Notes under the pieces: model-generated
Told to the model about the DNA's origin: nothing
Databases searched by the model: none
What the model saw: only the letters and a program-made list of their open reading frames with translations
Translations under genes and position numbers: made by a program
Part shown: one piece after another, positions 28,753 to 41,640 of the stretch
Numbering within the stretch: position 1 is the first letter of the stretch
Layout of the letters: every line of letters starts with the position of its first letter
Origin: Eledone cirrhosa
Taxonomy: Eukaryota
Assembly (NCBI GenBank): GCA_964016885.1
Contig: OZ024760.1
Location: 28,024,001 to 28,088,000 of the forward strand
Length of the DNA stretch: 64,000 bases
Direction of reading: 5' to 3'

Positions 28753-29351
28753 AGTTGGTGCTACTGGTAACATGTATCCCAGTACAACCTGTCTCATGGT
28801 CGGGTCGTTGGCGACTAAACTGGCAACCCCACCAAGGTTTCTTGGTGAGGAGGGTGACTTTGGACATCCTGCAGGACTAAAAACAAAACCTGTCAAAGGG
28901 CAAAGGAGCTCTTAAGAGTCAATGGCCATCCAAAATCACTGGGAGAGATGACCCCTTAGCCTTTGTCAAGGCAGAATTCTAGGAGAAGGAAAACTCTGAT
29001 ATAACACCTGCAACCCTGATGGTATCCAATGATGTTGACTTGTTCTTCTTTTTGATAAATATCATCTTGGTTAAGAGAGTGGGACTGGCTTTGTGCAGTG
29101 CCTTTACTCACTATAAAAGCTTCACGGCACAGGCATTGCTTTATATCTGGAGATCTCTCTGCACTTGTCGTCACATGGTACCATGGGCCCAGCACTATGT
29201 GTCAATAATTGTCACAAGTGTAGTGTTTGTCCCAGAGTTTTCATGTTGCAGGCTGGACTAAAAAGTCACACTCGTTCAGCGCATCAATAGGGTTTCTCCT
29301 ACATGGATATAAAGTAGTGGCCATACTCGAAAACGAGTTGGCAGCCACCAT
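28753..29351 (+). mobile_element. Bipartite RTE-derived element, copy 3 (first ~12 nt missing, more diverged)
   Basis: Reverse complement of copies 1 and 2. Confidence 0.75.
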
Positions 29352-29550
29352 ATATATATGTATGTATATATATGTATATATATATATGTATGTATATATA
29401 TGTATATATATGTATATATATATATATATATGTATGTATATGTATGTATATGTATGTATATATATGTATATATATATATGTATATATATATGTATATATA
29501 TATATGTATATATATATATGTATGTATATATATGTGTATATATATATGTA

Positions 29551-32120
29551 TAACTTTGAATAACTTTGAAATGTTTTGGCCAGTATTGGCCCAGGCCATG
29601 TCTAACTTAATAGCACCACCTGGCGAAGTCTTTCAATTCAGGATTTGGGCACCATGGCCCATTCGAGAAGAGAATTACTGTTTGCGGAGACATATCCGGG
29701 TGTGGGTGGTTTGTCCGGGATTACTTGGGGGAATTTGTCCAAAGACTTCTTGAATTTTGTGTGGTCAGTTTCTGTTTTGACGTGTCCTGGTGTGATGTTG
29801 AAGAGAGCAGGGCCGATTGAGGTGAAATAATTGTGCCGTATTGTTGTTATGAGTTGCGATTTAGATTTTTGAATGGGACGGATAGCACGGGGCCCAAGCC
29901 TTGGGTGTATCTTGAAGGCGATGCCAACATCATTTGGGCAGTGATGATGGAACATTTTCCACATCATGCAGATAATATAACGCTCACGGCGACGTTGGAG
30001 TGAGTAAAGTTTCAGGTTTTCCAATCGACCCCAGTAGTCAAGGTCTGACATGCCATCTATCTTTTTCGTGATTGCCCTTTGAGGAGCTTCAAGTTTCATG
30101 ATACTTTGTTTCGTGTGGGGAGACCACAGTGGACAACAGTATTCAAGGTGTGGTCGGGCGAAAGTAGAGAAGAGCAGGATAATGGTGCGGGAATCTCTCG
30201 ACTGGAAGGTTCTGAGGATCCAGGAACACATTCTGCGGGCCATGTCAACTTTTCTGCTTATATGCGTGGTCCAGCTTATGTTGCTGTCCACGGTTACTCC
30301 CAAGTCTCTGATGTTGTTAGATGCCACGAGAGTTTCCCCGGAGGGAAGGGAGTACGGGAGTTTCAGAGCATCCTCTTTTCCAAAGTGGATCAGTTCGAAT
30401 TTGTCTTCGTTCAGTAACATGTTGTTCTTTTCTGCCCATTGGGTAACAGCCAGTAGGTCTGACTGAAGGCTTATCCGGTCATCCACGCCATTGATGACCT
30501 TTTGGAGCTTGGAATCATCAGCGAAAATTTTAATGTTGCTGTGTTTGATGATGTCAGTGATGTCATTAATATAGATGATGAAGAGAAGTGGGCCCAACAC
30601 AGTGCCTTGTGGGACTCCACTACTGACTTTGGCTGGGCTTGATTTGACTCCCTCAACTACAACATGTTGGGTTCTGTTTGACAGGAAGCTCTTGATCCAC
30701 TGCAGCAGCTTTCCAGTGACACCAATATTGGACAGCTTTCTCAGTAGAATGTTATGATCAACCCTGTCAAAGGCCTTGCTGAAATCAAGGTAGATAACAT
30801 CAGTGTTGGAACCCTCTCCCAAGGCTCTCAAAATGTCATCAAAGTGATGCAGTAGTTGCGTCAGGCAATCCCTTCCATTACGGAATCCATGCTGGTTGGA
30901 GTTCAGCATATTGTTACTCTCAAGGAAGTGGGTCATTCGCGATCTCACCACTCGCTCAAATACCTTAATGATATGAGAGGTGAGTGAGATTGGACGGTAA
31001 TTCACGGCAAGGGATTTGTATCCCTTTTTGAAAACTGGGACAACAGACTGGGATAGAAGGTTTTCTGGCACATATCCAGCATCCAGTGAGTTCCGCCACA
31101 GATTGGCAAGAGGAGAAGCAAGTTGGTGTTGACACGCCTTCAAGACACAAGCAGGGAACCTATCGGGACCTACTGCTGAATTATGCTTGATTTCCTTTAT
31201 TGCCGCCAAGACATCAGGGGCGCCAAACGTTATGTCCGATAAGGTGTAATGGGGAGTAACATCGCCGATACAGCCCAGATCGGCCATATCAGGATTGCTG
31301 AAAACAGAGCAGTATTGTTTCTGCAGTATCTCACCCATGGTTTTAGCATTGTCTTGAAGAGTGCTATTTTCATCAATTAGAGGGCCAACAGTAGAGCCAG
31401 TGATTTTGTGTTTTTTTGCAAATGAAAAGAACACTTTGGGATTGAGTTTGATCTTCTCAATGGCCCAGGCCTCTTCAGCTCTTCTCTGATTGTTGATGAG
31501 GGACATTATGTTGTTTTGGAGGTTATGTTTTTTAATCTCTAGTGATGAAATGGCAGTCAAGTTGATGTGTTGCTGCTGACAGTATTTCAGCTTGTTGATT
31601 TTTTTGTTCGTTCTCTTAATTTTTCTGATGAGCGTTTTTCTATTTCTAGGGATTCTGCTCTTAGATTTGTTTATAGTTCTTAATGGGGTGTGTTTAGCAC
31701 ATATGTTTGTAACAGTGTCCACAAATGTCTGCCAGGACTTTTTGATGTTAGTGGGTGTATGAGTGTGCGTGAAGGACCAGTCGACATGTGCAAGATCATG
31801 ACTGATCGCTTCCCAGTTTGCATTGTGGAAATCCATAGCGTCAAACGGATGGACAGGAGAGATGACATTGGGTTTGTATATTGGACGGTGGAATCTCAGA
31901 TCACAGAGAACCATGTCATGATCAGAGAGTAGAGTTTTCTCCACTGCAATATTGTGGATATTGTCAGTGTGATTGCTGAAAATTAAGTCTAGGACGTTTT
32001 TGTGGCACCTCGTTGGTTCGAGCACTAGTTGGGATAGGAAGAAATCATCCATGAAGTCAAGAAGCGATTCCACAGCTTCCCTGTCAGAGGTTGAGGCAGA
32101 AGAACCTGGTGGCAGGGTGT
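29551..32120 (-). mobile_element. 5'-truncated CR1/L2-group LINE
   Basis: RT ORF, a short 3'UTR and a (TTCAAAGTTA)2 tail at 29551-29570. Both ends abut TA-rich tracts. Confidence 0.9.
29638..32073 (-). CDS. LINE ORF2: end of the APE endonuclease plus the full reverse transcriptase (811 aa, N-truncated)
   Basis: Endonuclease end PTR...LDLIF...SDH. RT motifs [44 protein letters not shown]-terminal [11 protein letters not shown]. No internal stops. Confidence 0.92.
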   Translation of the reverse strand: MESLLDFMDDFFLSQLVLEPTRCHKNVLDLIFSNHTDNIHNIAVEKTLLSDHDMVLCDLRFHRPIYKPNVISPVHPFDAMDFHNANWEAISHDLAHVDWSFTHTHTPTNIKKSWQTFVDTVTNICAKHTPLRTINKSKSRIPRNRKTLIRKIKRTNKKINKLKYCQQQHINLTAISSLEIKKHNLQNNIMSLINNQRRAEEAWAIEKIKLNPKVFFSFAKKHKITGSTVGPLIDENSTLQDNAKTMGEILQKQYCSVFSNPDMADLGCIGDVTPHYTLSDITFGAPDVLAAIKEIKHNSAVGPDRFPACVLKACQHQLASPLANLWRNSLDAGYVPENLLSQSVVPVFKKGYKSLAVNYRPISLTSHIIKVFERVVRSRMTHFLESNNMLNSNQHGFRNGRDCLTQLLHHFDDILRALGEGSNTDVIYLDFSKAFDRVDHNILLRKLSNIGVTGKLLQWIKSFLSNRTQHVVVEGVKSSPAKVSSGVPQGTVLGPLLFIIYINDITDIIKHSNIKIFADDSKLQKVINGVDDRISLQSDLLAVTQWAEKNNMLLNEDKFELIHFGKEDALKLPYSLPSGETLVASNNIRDLGVTVDSNISWTTHISRKVDMARRMCSWILRTFQSRDSRTIILLFSTFARPHLEYCCPLWSPHTKQSIMKLEAPQRAITKKIDGMSDLDYWGRLENLKLYSLQRRRERYIICMMWKMFHHHCPNDVGIAFKIHPRLGPRAIRPIQKSKSQLITTIRHNYFTSIGPALFNITPGHVKTETDHTKFKKSLDKFPQVIPDKPPTPGYVSANSNSLLEWAMVPKS

Positions 32121-32139
32121 TATGTATGTATATATATGT

Positions 32140-32177
<38 letters not shown>

Positions 32178-32182
32178 GTATG

Positions 32183-32231
<49 letters not shown>

Positions 32232-32242
32232 GTATATATATG

Positions 32243-32319
<77 letters not shown>

Positions 32320-32420
32320 GTATATATATATATGTATGTATATATGTATGTATATATTTGTATGTATATATATGTATATATATATATATATGTATGTATA
32401 TATGTATGTATATATGTATG

Positions 32421-32455
<35 letters not shown>

Positions 32456-32456
32456 G

Positions 32457-32489
<33 letters not shown>

Positions 32490-32554
32490 GTATGTATATG
32501 TATGTATGTATATATGTATGTATATGTATGTATGTATATATGTATGTATATATT

Positions 32555-33166
32555 ATGTCAGGTCACCAGTTGGTGCTACTGGTAACATGTATCCCAGTAC
32601 AACCTGTCTCATGGTCGGGTCGTTGGCGACTAAACTGGCAACCCCACCAAGGTTTCTTGGTGAGGAGGGTGACTTTGGACATCCTGCAGGACTAAAAACA
32701 AAACCTGTCAAAGGGCAAAGGAGCTCGTAAGAGTCAATGACCATCCAAAATCACCGGGAGAGATGACCCCTTAGCCTTTGTCAAGGCAGAATTCTAGGAG
32801 AAGGAAAACTCTGATATAACACCTGCAACCCTGATGATATCCAATGATGTTGACTTGTTCTTCTTTTTGGTAAATATCATCTTGGTTAAGAGAGTGGGAC
32901 TGGCTTTGTGCAGTGCCTTTGCTCACTATAAAAGCTTCACGGCACAGGCATTGCTTTATATCTGGAGATCTCTCTGCACTTGTCGTCACATGGTACCATG
33001 GGCCCAGCACTATGTGTCAATAATTGTCACAAGTGTAGTGTTTGTACCAGAGTTTTCAAGTCGCTGGCTGGACTAAAAAGTCACACTCGTTCAGCGCATC
33101 GGTAGGGGTTCTCCTACATGGATATAAAGTAGTGGCCGTACTCGAAAACGAGTTGGCAGCCACCAT
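32555..33166 (+). mobile_element. Bipartite RTE-derived element, copy 4
   Basis: Full length. 32998-33105 reads [35 protein letters not shown]. Confidence 0.78.
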
Positions 33167-33175
33167 ATATGTATG

Positions 33176-33209
<34 letters not shown>

Positions 33210-33447
33210 TATATGTATATGTATGTATATGTATATGTATGTATATATATGTATATATATATATGTATGTATATATATGTATATATATATATGTATGTAT
33301 ATATATGTATATATATATATGTATGTGTATATGTATGTATATATATGTATATATATATATGTATGTATATATATGTATATATATATATGTATGTATATAT
33401 ATGTATATATATATATGTATGTATATATGTATGTATATAAATGTATG

Positions 33448-33485
<38 letters not shown>

Positions 33486-33519
33486 TTTGTATGTATATAT
33501 GTATATATATATTTGTATG

Positions 33520-33555
<36 letters not shown>

Positions 33556-33563
33556 TATGTATG

Positions 33564-33599
<36 letters not shown>

Positions 33600-33612
33600 T
33601 ATGTATGTATGT

Positions 33613-33667
<55 letters not shown>

Positions 33668-33672
33668 TATGT

Positions 33673-33713
<41 letters not shown>

Positions 33714-33899
33714 TGTATGTATATATATATGTATGTATATATATATGTATGTATATATATGTATATATATATGTATGTATATAGATATATGTATGTATAT
33801 ATGTATATGTATGTATATGTATATATATATATATGTATGTAAATGTATGTATATGTGTATATGTATATATGTATATGTATATATATATATATGTATATG

Positions 33900-33930
<31 letters not shown>

Positions 33931-33977
33931 GTATATGTAAATATATATATGTATATGTATATATATATATGTATATG

Positions 33978-34009
<32 letters not shown>

Positions 34010-34041
34010 TGTATATGTATATATATATATATGTATATATG

Positions 34042-34076
<35 letters not shown>

Positions 34077-34156
34077 ATATGTATATGTATATATATATGT
34101 ATATATGTATATGTATATATATATGTATATGTATATATATGTATATGTATATGTAT

Positions 34157-34234
<78 letters not shown>

Positions 34235-34320
34235 ATATGTATATGTATATATATATGTATATATGTATATGTATATATATATGTATATGTATATATATGT
34301 ATATGTATATGTATATGTAT

Positions 34321-34354
<34 letters not shown>

Positions 34355-34414
34355 ATAGTATATATATATGTATATGTATATATGTATATGTATATGTATA
34401 TATATATATATATA

Positions 34415-34506
<92 letters not shown>
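33167..34506. repeat. (TA/TATG)n microsatellite
   Basis: Direct reading. Confidence 0.95.
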
Positions 34507-34749
34507 GAAGAATGTATACAGTGTTCTATCTAGGCCCTGCTGATGTTAACAGTCAGCACACGTTGCAGAATATTTCCAGCTGTGAACTCTTCATCAAGGA
34601 TGCTATACACAGCAAGGCCGCCGTTTCCCGGCTGCACTCAGGAACTCCTCATTGGAACATGTTACAGTTGAACTATTAACTCGTGAATCCTTATCTCAAC
34701 AACGAGCTTCATGTGGCACCGTTTATCTATAGTTGGCGACAGACATGTC

Positions 34750-36607
34750 TTGTTGTTGTTGTGGTTGTTGTTGTTGTTGTATCGGTTGTTGTGGCTGTTG
34801 TTATTGTAGTAGTTGTGGTAGTTGTTGTGTGTGGCTGTTGTTATTGTAGTAGTTGTTGTGGTTGTTGTTGTTGTGGCTATTGTTGATGTAGTAGTTGTTG
34901 TGGTAGTTGTTGTTGTATCGGTTGTTGTGGCTGTTGTTATTGTAGTAGTTGTTGTTGTTGTTGTGGCTGTTGTTGATGTTGTTTTAGTGGTAGTTATTGT
35001 TATCGTAGTAGTTGTTTTTGTGTAGTAGCTGTTGTGGTAGTAGTTGTAGCAGTAGTAGTAGCGGTGGTAGTTGTAGCAGTAGTTATTGTAGTAGTTGTTG
35101 TGGTAGTAGTTGTAGCAGTAGTGGTGGTAGTTGTTGATGTTGTTATTGTAGTAGTTGTTGTGGTAGTAGTTGTAGTAGTAGTGGTGGTAGTTGTTGATGT
35201 TATTGTAGTAGTTGTTGTGGTAGTAGTTGTAGCAGTAGTAGTAGCGGTGGTAGTTGTAGCAGTAGTTATTGTAGTAGTTGTTGTGGTAGTAGTTGTAGCA
35301 GTAGTAGTAGCGGTGGTAGTTGTAGCAGTAGTTATTGTTGTGGTAGTAGTTGTAGCAGTAGTTGTGGTAGTTGTTGATGTTGTTATTGTAGTAGTTGTTG
35401 TGGTAGTAGTTGTTGTGGTAGTAGTTGTAGCAGTAGCGGTGGTAGTTGTTGATGTTGTTATTGTAGTAGTTGTTGTGGTAGTAGTTGTAGCAGTAGTAAT
35501 AGCGGTGGTAGTTGTAGCAGTAGTTATTGTTGTGGTAGTAGTTGTAGCAGTAGTGGTGGTAGTTGTTGATGTTGTTATTGTAGCAGTAGTTATTGTAGTA
35601 GTTGTTGTGGTAGTAGTTGTAGCAGTAGCGGTGGTAGTTGTTGATGTTGTTATTGTAGTAGTTGTTGTGGTAGTAGTTGTAGCAGTAGTTATTGTAGTAG
35701 TTGTTGTGGTAGTAGTTGTAGCAGTAGCGGTGGTAGTTGTAGCAGTAGTTATTGTAGTAGTTATTGTGGTAGTAGTTGTAGCAGTAGTGGTGGTAGTTGT
35801 TGATGTTGTTATTGTAGTAGTTGTTGTGGTAGTAGTTGTAGCAGTAGTTATTGTAGTAGTTGTTGTGGTAGTAGTTGTAGCAGTAGCGGTGGTAGTTGTA
35901 GCAGTAGTTATTGTAGTAGTTGTTGTGGTAGTAGTTGTAGCAGTAGTAGTAGCGGTGGTAGTTGTAGCAGTAGTAGTAGCGGTGGTAGTTGTAGCAGTAG
36001 TTATTGTAGTAGTTGTTGTGGTAGTAGTTGTAGCAGCAGCGGTGGTAGTTGTTGATGTTGTTATTGTAGTAGTTGTTTTTGTGTAGTAGTTATTGTGGTA
36101 GTAGTTGTTGTGGTAGTTGTAGTTATTGTAGTAGTTGGTGTTGTGGTAGTAGTTGTTGTAGTAGTATTTGGTGCAGTAGTAGTAGTGGTGATACTGGTAG
36201 CTGTTGTAGAAGTTGGTGTTGTGGTAGTAGTTGTTGTGGTAGTAGTTGTTGTAGTAGTATTTGGTGCAGTAGTAGTGGTGGTGGTAGTGGTAGCTGTTGT
36301 AGAAGTTGGTGTTGTGGTAGTAGTTGTTGTGGTAGTAGTTGTTGTAGTAGTATTTGGTGCAGTAGTAGTGGTGGTGGTAGTGGTAGCTGTTGTAGAAGTT
36401 GTTGTAGTTGTTGTGGTAGTAGTATTTGGTGCAGTAGTAGTGGTAGTTGTTGTAGAAGTTGGTGTTGTGGTAGTAGTTGTAGTAGTATTTGGTGCTTTAG
36501 TAGTGGTGGTGGTAGTGGTAACTGTTGTAGAAGTTGTTGTTGTTGTGGTAGTAGTTGTAGTAGTGGTGGTAGTGGTAGCTCTTGAAGTTGGTGTTGTAGT
36601 TGTTGTT
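34750..36607. repeat. (GTT/GTA/GTG)n trinucleotide mosaic
   Basis: Direct reading. Source of the poly-Val, Cys/Ser and Gln/Leu ORFs. Confidence 0.92.
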
Positions 36608-36644
36608 GGATTGCCGTCTGTTTCGACGACGAGCGTTCCATAGA

Positions 36645-36930
36645 AATATGCAAGTGGCTGCGCAGCATTCTACAGACACGGGCACATTTAAGGTAGTTAG
36701 TTCTCAGGGAGATTCGGTCGGTCGGCGTGACACAGACCCAACGTATCACACGGAATAGAACTCTCAACCTTACACTCGTGTTGTTGTCGTTGTCGTCGTT
36801 GTCGTTGTTGTTGTTGCTGTTGTAGGACATCCGTCGGTTGAGACGATGAGTGTTCTACTAACCTGTCCGTAAAATTAACGTGCAAGTGGCTGAACGTTCC
36901 ACAGACACTTGTCTTTCCCAACAAGTACAG
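36645..36930 (+). mobile_element. SINE-like repeat fragments (family also at 27140-27270, 27345-27510, 45340-45610 on -)
   Basis: Shared tgcaagtggctg..cacagacac..gttctcagggagattc..cgtgacacag motif. Confidence 0.6.
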
Positions 36931-37086
36931 AACATCGCCTATTATAAGGTAATCCCAATGTATGTATATATGTATGTATGTATATATGTATGTCTATATA
37001 CATGTGGATGTGTGTGTGTTAGTGTGTGTTGGTCATCGGCATGGCATAGATTTAATCGGGCCGTTTGTTTATAAATGAATCTTGTA

Positions 37087-37970
37087 CGAGGTGTGTCTGA
37101 AAAGTTCCAGGACTGATGTCACAAAAGATTTATTTCAAACCCGAACTTCACACTGAGTTTTCTCCTTCAATGTAATCCCCCTCGAGTCTAATGCACTTTT
37201 CCATCCTTTTCTGCCACGCTTGCATCCACTCCTGGAAGGATTCTGCCGGGATCCTCCGCAGTTCCGTCGTCACGGCCTTTTTGATGTCGTCCACGTCTTC
37301 AAGACGGGTCCCTCTGGTGCGTACTCGAAGATCCATGACTCATCACCGGTGATGACTGTCCCTAGCAGGTCTGGTTCGGTTTTAAGACGCTCGAGGATAT
37401 CCTGGCACACTTACATGCGTCGACCCTTCTGGTCATCGTTCAGCAGTTTTGGCACCATCTTCGCGCAGACTTTCCGCATGTCCAAATCTTCAGTGAGAAT
37501 CTTCCAGACGCTGTCCCGATTCATGCCCAGCTCATTTGCCATCAGTCGAACAGTCAGTCGACGATCGCTACGCACCATCTGCCTGACGCGCCTAACGTTG
37601 ACCTCAATCCTGGTTGTTGAGGGCCTTCCGCTCCTGGGGTCATCTTGCACCACTCAAAAACACGTGAGCGTGACATCGTCTCATCTCCATACACTTGCTG
37701 CAGCAATCCCAGTGCTTCTGACGAAGTTTTCCCCCAACCGTACCAGAAACTTCAAGTTTGTTCGTTGCTCTGTGCTCATTGCTTGACGACCTGAAACAGA
37801 GGACATGTATATAAAATTATGAAGAAAAAAGTTTCATCGCTGCAGAGAGCTAAGATTACAGTTACATACTCCAGGGGGATTACTTTGAATGAGAAAACTC
37901 TTAGTGCAAAGTTTGGGTTTGAAATAAATCTTTGGTGACATCAGTCCTGGAATTTTTCTGACACACCTCG
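37087..37970 (-). mobile_element. Internally deleted mariner (Tc1/mariner) transposon
   Basis: TA TSDs and ~100-bp imperfect TIRs starting cgaggtgtgtc. Minus strand: MSTEQRTNLKFLVRLGK...RVFEW, DDPRSGRP, DRRLTVR, CAKMVPKLL, ITGDESWIFEY, then a jump to the C-terminal W..RMEKCIRLEGDY. Contains a stop and a frameshift, and the catalytic middle is missing. Confidence 0.9.
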
Positions 37971-38006
37971 TATGTATATATTACAATAATTTCTATACTT
38001 TTCATT

Positions 38007-38070
<64 letters not shown>

Positions 38071-38289
38071 AATAGAGGTGTAACACACGAGTTATGATAT
38101 ATTGGTAAAAGGAAAAGAAAATGCTGACAAATTGTTCCCAGTGAAAAATAGTTTAATTAGGAATAAGTATTGGTTAGTATTCAGTTTTGGTTTTAAGTTT
38201 TTACCAGTTGCGCATTTCTAATGCTTTTCAAAAATAATTTTGAGATAGAGCGCCCGTGATGTTTGCTCTAATATATATATATATATATT

Positions 38290-38551
38290 TAAAGGTTAAA
38301 CAAGGTTCAATGAATAAATCAGAGAATCAGTTTTACAATAGACTGTAAGCACTCAACAGTGTGGTTTTCCGGAGTAATTAATATTAATTCAAAATATTAA
38401 CAAAAATAGACATTCGTGTGATCAAGTATATTTTATTATACATATTTCAGAGGACGTACTGTTGAAGATAGCTCAGTACCTCTGAAATATGTATAATAAA
38501 ACATACTTGATCACACGAATGTCTATTTTTGTTAATATTTTGAATTAATAT
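38290..38551 (-). mobile_element. Fold-back Penelope-like remnant with tail
   Basis: ~80-bp inverted arms (38381-38551), similar to 11720-11927. Tail carries aagcactc..gagta (38347-38376). Confidence 0.7.
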
Positions 38552-38985
38552 ATATATATATATATATATGGAAAGTTATATTTAAATTGTTGGGTTACAA
38601 CTAGTAAATATTTATAACTGATATAAAAGCACTCGACAAATATTTGGAGTATGTTTACAATATTAAATAAATAGAAACTATATTTATAAAACCATATTTA
38701 TTTCATTATATATATTTCAGGGATATCATATTAACAATATGCTATGCCTTCCTCAGACAAAATACAATATAAACAGTTTTATAGATAAATAGATTCGACA
38801 TACCGTAACAACATCGACTTGTATTTGAAAAGGTTGATTTGGCAGTGAAAAAATTGTACACAGAGAGAAAGAAAGAGAGAAAAAAGGAAAGAAAGACAGA
38901 AAACGAAAAAAAAGAAGAAAAAGAAGAAATGCATGGAACAAAATAGAGAGATGGAAAGATAGATAAGAAAATACCCGGTACTACC

Positions 38986-40155
38986 GGAGGTTTATATAGA
39001 GATGACATGCTTTTACTTATTGATAATAATAACTCTGAACTAAATAGAAAATGTAAACAAATTATACAATTTTTTAATTACTTTAATCTTAAAATAGAAA
39101 TTGAGAACAACCATAGAATAGTCAATTTCCTAGATATAACATTAAATCTCAACACATGTCTTCACTATCCTTTTCACAAGTTGAATGAAAACTTAAACTA
39201 TGTAAACTTTAACTCTAACCACCCCAGATCTGTCAAAAACACTATAGTAAACTCTGTTCAAAAGCGTATCTCTAGGATCTCGTCGAATAGAAAGATTTTC
39301 GACGAAAAAGCCCAATACTACAATGAGGCATTAGCTAGAGCAGGATATGCTGATAAGATTGTGTACATAGATAATGATAGACAAACTAAAGAAAGTAACA
39401 ACTTTTTTAATTACGGCAACAACCTTAACAACTATAATAGAAAGCATTACAATAATTCCAAAGGCCAAAAAAGAAATAGAACTAGGAACATAATTTGGTT
39501 TGCCCCCCCTTTCTCACTAAACATTAAAACCCACATCGCTAAACTATTTTTTAAAGCTCTTGATAATCGCTTCCCTAGAACACATAGGTATCACTCAATT
39601 TTCAATAGACATACAATAAAATTAACCTACTCATCCACCAAAAATTTAGCACAAAATATCAATAGAATAAATAATAGGAACTTAAAACCTAGTGATAATA
39701 GCATAAATAATATACAAGTTAACAAATGTAACTGTAGAGATAGATCTAAATGTCCGTTAAATAACAACTGCTTAGTTAAAAATATAGTATACAATTGTAA
39801 TGTTAATACTGACTCTATTTCTTTTAACTACGTCGGTTCCACATCGACGGAATTTAAACTTCGCTATAATAACCACAAAAATTCTTTCACAGATCCAAGC
39901 AAAAAATCTTCAACGGCACTATCAGGCGTACTCTGGCAACTTAAGCTAGATAACGTTAGATATTCGACGGCTTGGAATATAGTCTCAAGAGGGATTCCTT
40001 TTAATTCATCCTCTGAGACATGTGACCTCTGCGCAGAGGAGATATTCTTTATACTAAAATCTAAAAATTCCCTTAATCTACGGACAAATTTATTCAGTTG
40101 TTGCAAACATAGATTAAACTCAACGTTTAAATATAAATTTAAATTTAAAATGTAG
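38986..40155 (+). CDS. Penelope-like RT C-terminal part plus GIY-YIG endonuclease (N-truncated)
   Basis: In-frame GGLYRDDM (38986-39009, the RT YxDD motif), VNFLDITL, SNHP, RNIIWFAPPFS, IFNRHTIKLTYS, CNCRDRSKCPLNNNC, NIVY..YVGSTSTEFKLRYNNH, CDLCAEE, LNLR..CKH. No stops. Confidence 0.9.
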   Translation, partial: GGLYRDDMLLLIDNNNSELNRKCKQIIQFFNYFNLKIEIENNHRIVNFLDITLNLNTCLHYPFHKLNENLNYVNFNSNHPRSVKNTIVNSVQKRISRISSNRKIFDEKAQYYNEALARAGYADKIVYIDNDRQTKESNNFFNYGNNLNNYNRKHYNNSKGQKRNRTRNIIWFAPPFSLNIKTHIAKLFFKALDNRFPRTHRYHSIFNRHTIKLTYSSTKNLAQNINRINNRNLKPSDNSINNIQVNKCNCRDRSKCPLNNNCLVKNIVYNCNVNTDSISFNYVGSTSTEFKLRYNNHKNSFTDPSKKSSTALSGVLWQLKLDNVRYSTAWNIVSRGIPFNSSSETCDLCAEEIFFILKSKNSLNLRTNLFSCCKHRLNSTFKYKFKFKM

Positions 40156-41574
40156 TATATTTAGTTTGATTTATAATTATATGGGAAACTAGCCGATAAA
40201 TCTTTGATTCCTTCTTTTTATTCTTTTTATTTTTATTTTATTTTTATTTAAACATTCTTCATGAAAAATTAAGCTACCCTAAAAGTTGATGCTCCAAATA
40301 TTTCGAATAAACGTTACACTAGATAAACTTCTATATTAAATATAAGAACACATGTAGACCAAATTGGGCATCCTAAACTTTTTGAAATGATCTTTGCTAG
40401 ATGCGATTTGATAGATAATTTTTGGCTTTATCTGTTTTTCGACTCTGATGCTTATAATGAACTTGGCAATATATTGTCAATTAATTTTGAAGGGTTGATC
40501 TTTGTGGTTTATTTTTATTTTTATTATTGTAGTATTTTCTAATATTTTTATTTTTAATATTTTTAATATGTAAATTTTTTTAATATGTAATATTTTTAAT
40601 ATGTAATATTCTTTCGTAATATTTTTTAGTTTTCTATTTTATTATTACTTATTATTATCATTGTTATTTTTTAGTTTTGTTTCTGATATATATTTTTATT
40701 AGTATATTGAAATCTGCTCTCTATTTCTGCTTGATAGATAATCTTGTAGAGTAAAGACAGGAATACTAATATTGACTATATATATATTTGTGTGTATATA
40801 TATACACATATATGTATACTTAAATTTTTATACCACATTGAGAATGTTTTCCGTGAATTTAGGGTTTGCAGAGTTGATCATGTAGATTCACATAGATGTT
40901 TGTAATTATCACATAAACATATGAATTTTTTAAAAAACTAAACATAAGATCATTGATTTTCACACATTATGGATGCATGTCTCATTCAGGAATGCTGATA
41001 TTTACAATGTAGTGGCTGGTTTTTGTAAATACTAATGCCTCTGCATTGAAACAGAGGGTTTTTCTGCGCCTCGCCTGTGTCTGGTTATTTTTTAATTTTT
41101 TCTCTCTCTCTATTTTTTTTTTCTCTCTCTATATTTTTTTCTCTCTCTATATTTTTTTCTCTCTCTATATATAACAGCTGGTTTCTCTCCATATATCTCC
41201 CTTACATTAATACTAGAGCTAAATAAATAAATAAATAAATAAATGTATCATTGATACGTTTACTCAACAGACGTCCCACTACCTAGTTTTCTATATATAT
41301 GCATCTATCTCTATTTCCTCTCTCTCTATATATATATATATCTTTCTGTTTCTTTACATGAAGTTCTTCTCTTTATCTATCTTTCCATCTCTCTATTTTG
41401 TTCCATGCATTTCTTCTTTTTCTTCTTTTTCTTCGTTTTCTGTCTTTCTTTCCTTTTTTCTCTCTTTCTTTCTCTCTGTGGACAATTTTTTCACTGCCAA
41501 ATCAACCTTTTCAAATACAAATCGATGTTGTTACGGTATGTCGAATCTATTTATCTATAAAACTGTTTATATTG

Positions 41575-41640
41575 TATTTTGTCTGAGGAAGGCATAGCAT
41601 ATTGTTAATATGATATCCCTGAAATATATATAATGAAATA
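41575..41640 (+). ncRNA. Type I hammerhead ribozyme in the Penelope terminal repeat (mirror copy ~38698-38765, -)
   Basis: tattttgt CTGAGGA aggcatagcatattgttaatatgatatccct GAAA tatata TA atgaaata. 8-bp stem I with two G-U pairs. Confidence 0.75.

Noticed and set aside
32555-32650. Possible HDV-like or twister ribozyme at the 5' end of the RTE derivative (tcg-ttgg-cga CTAA actgg; tgta tcccag taca)
   Set aside because: Partial elements are present, but I could not build a canonical nested pseudoknot by eye. It needs a covariance-model search.
28753-33166. LTR-retrotransposon-like layout (direct repeats flanking an RT ORF)
   Set aside because: The repeats are separated from the ORF by microsatellite, differ by over ten substitutions, lack TG..CA ends, PBS and PPT, and occur solo elsewhere. 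The RT is non-LTR type and antisense to them.
34683-36830. Cys/Ser-rich keratin-associated-like and poly-Val ORFs
   Set aside because: GTN trinucleotide mosaic with no independent coding evidence.
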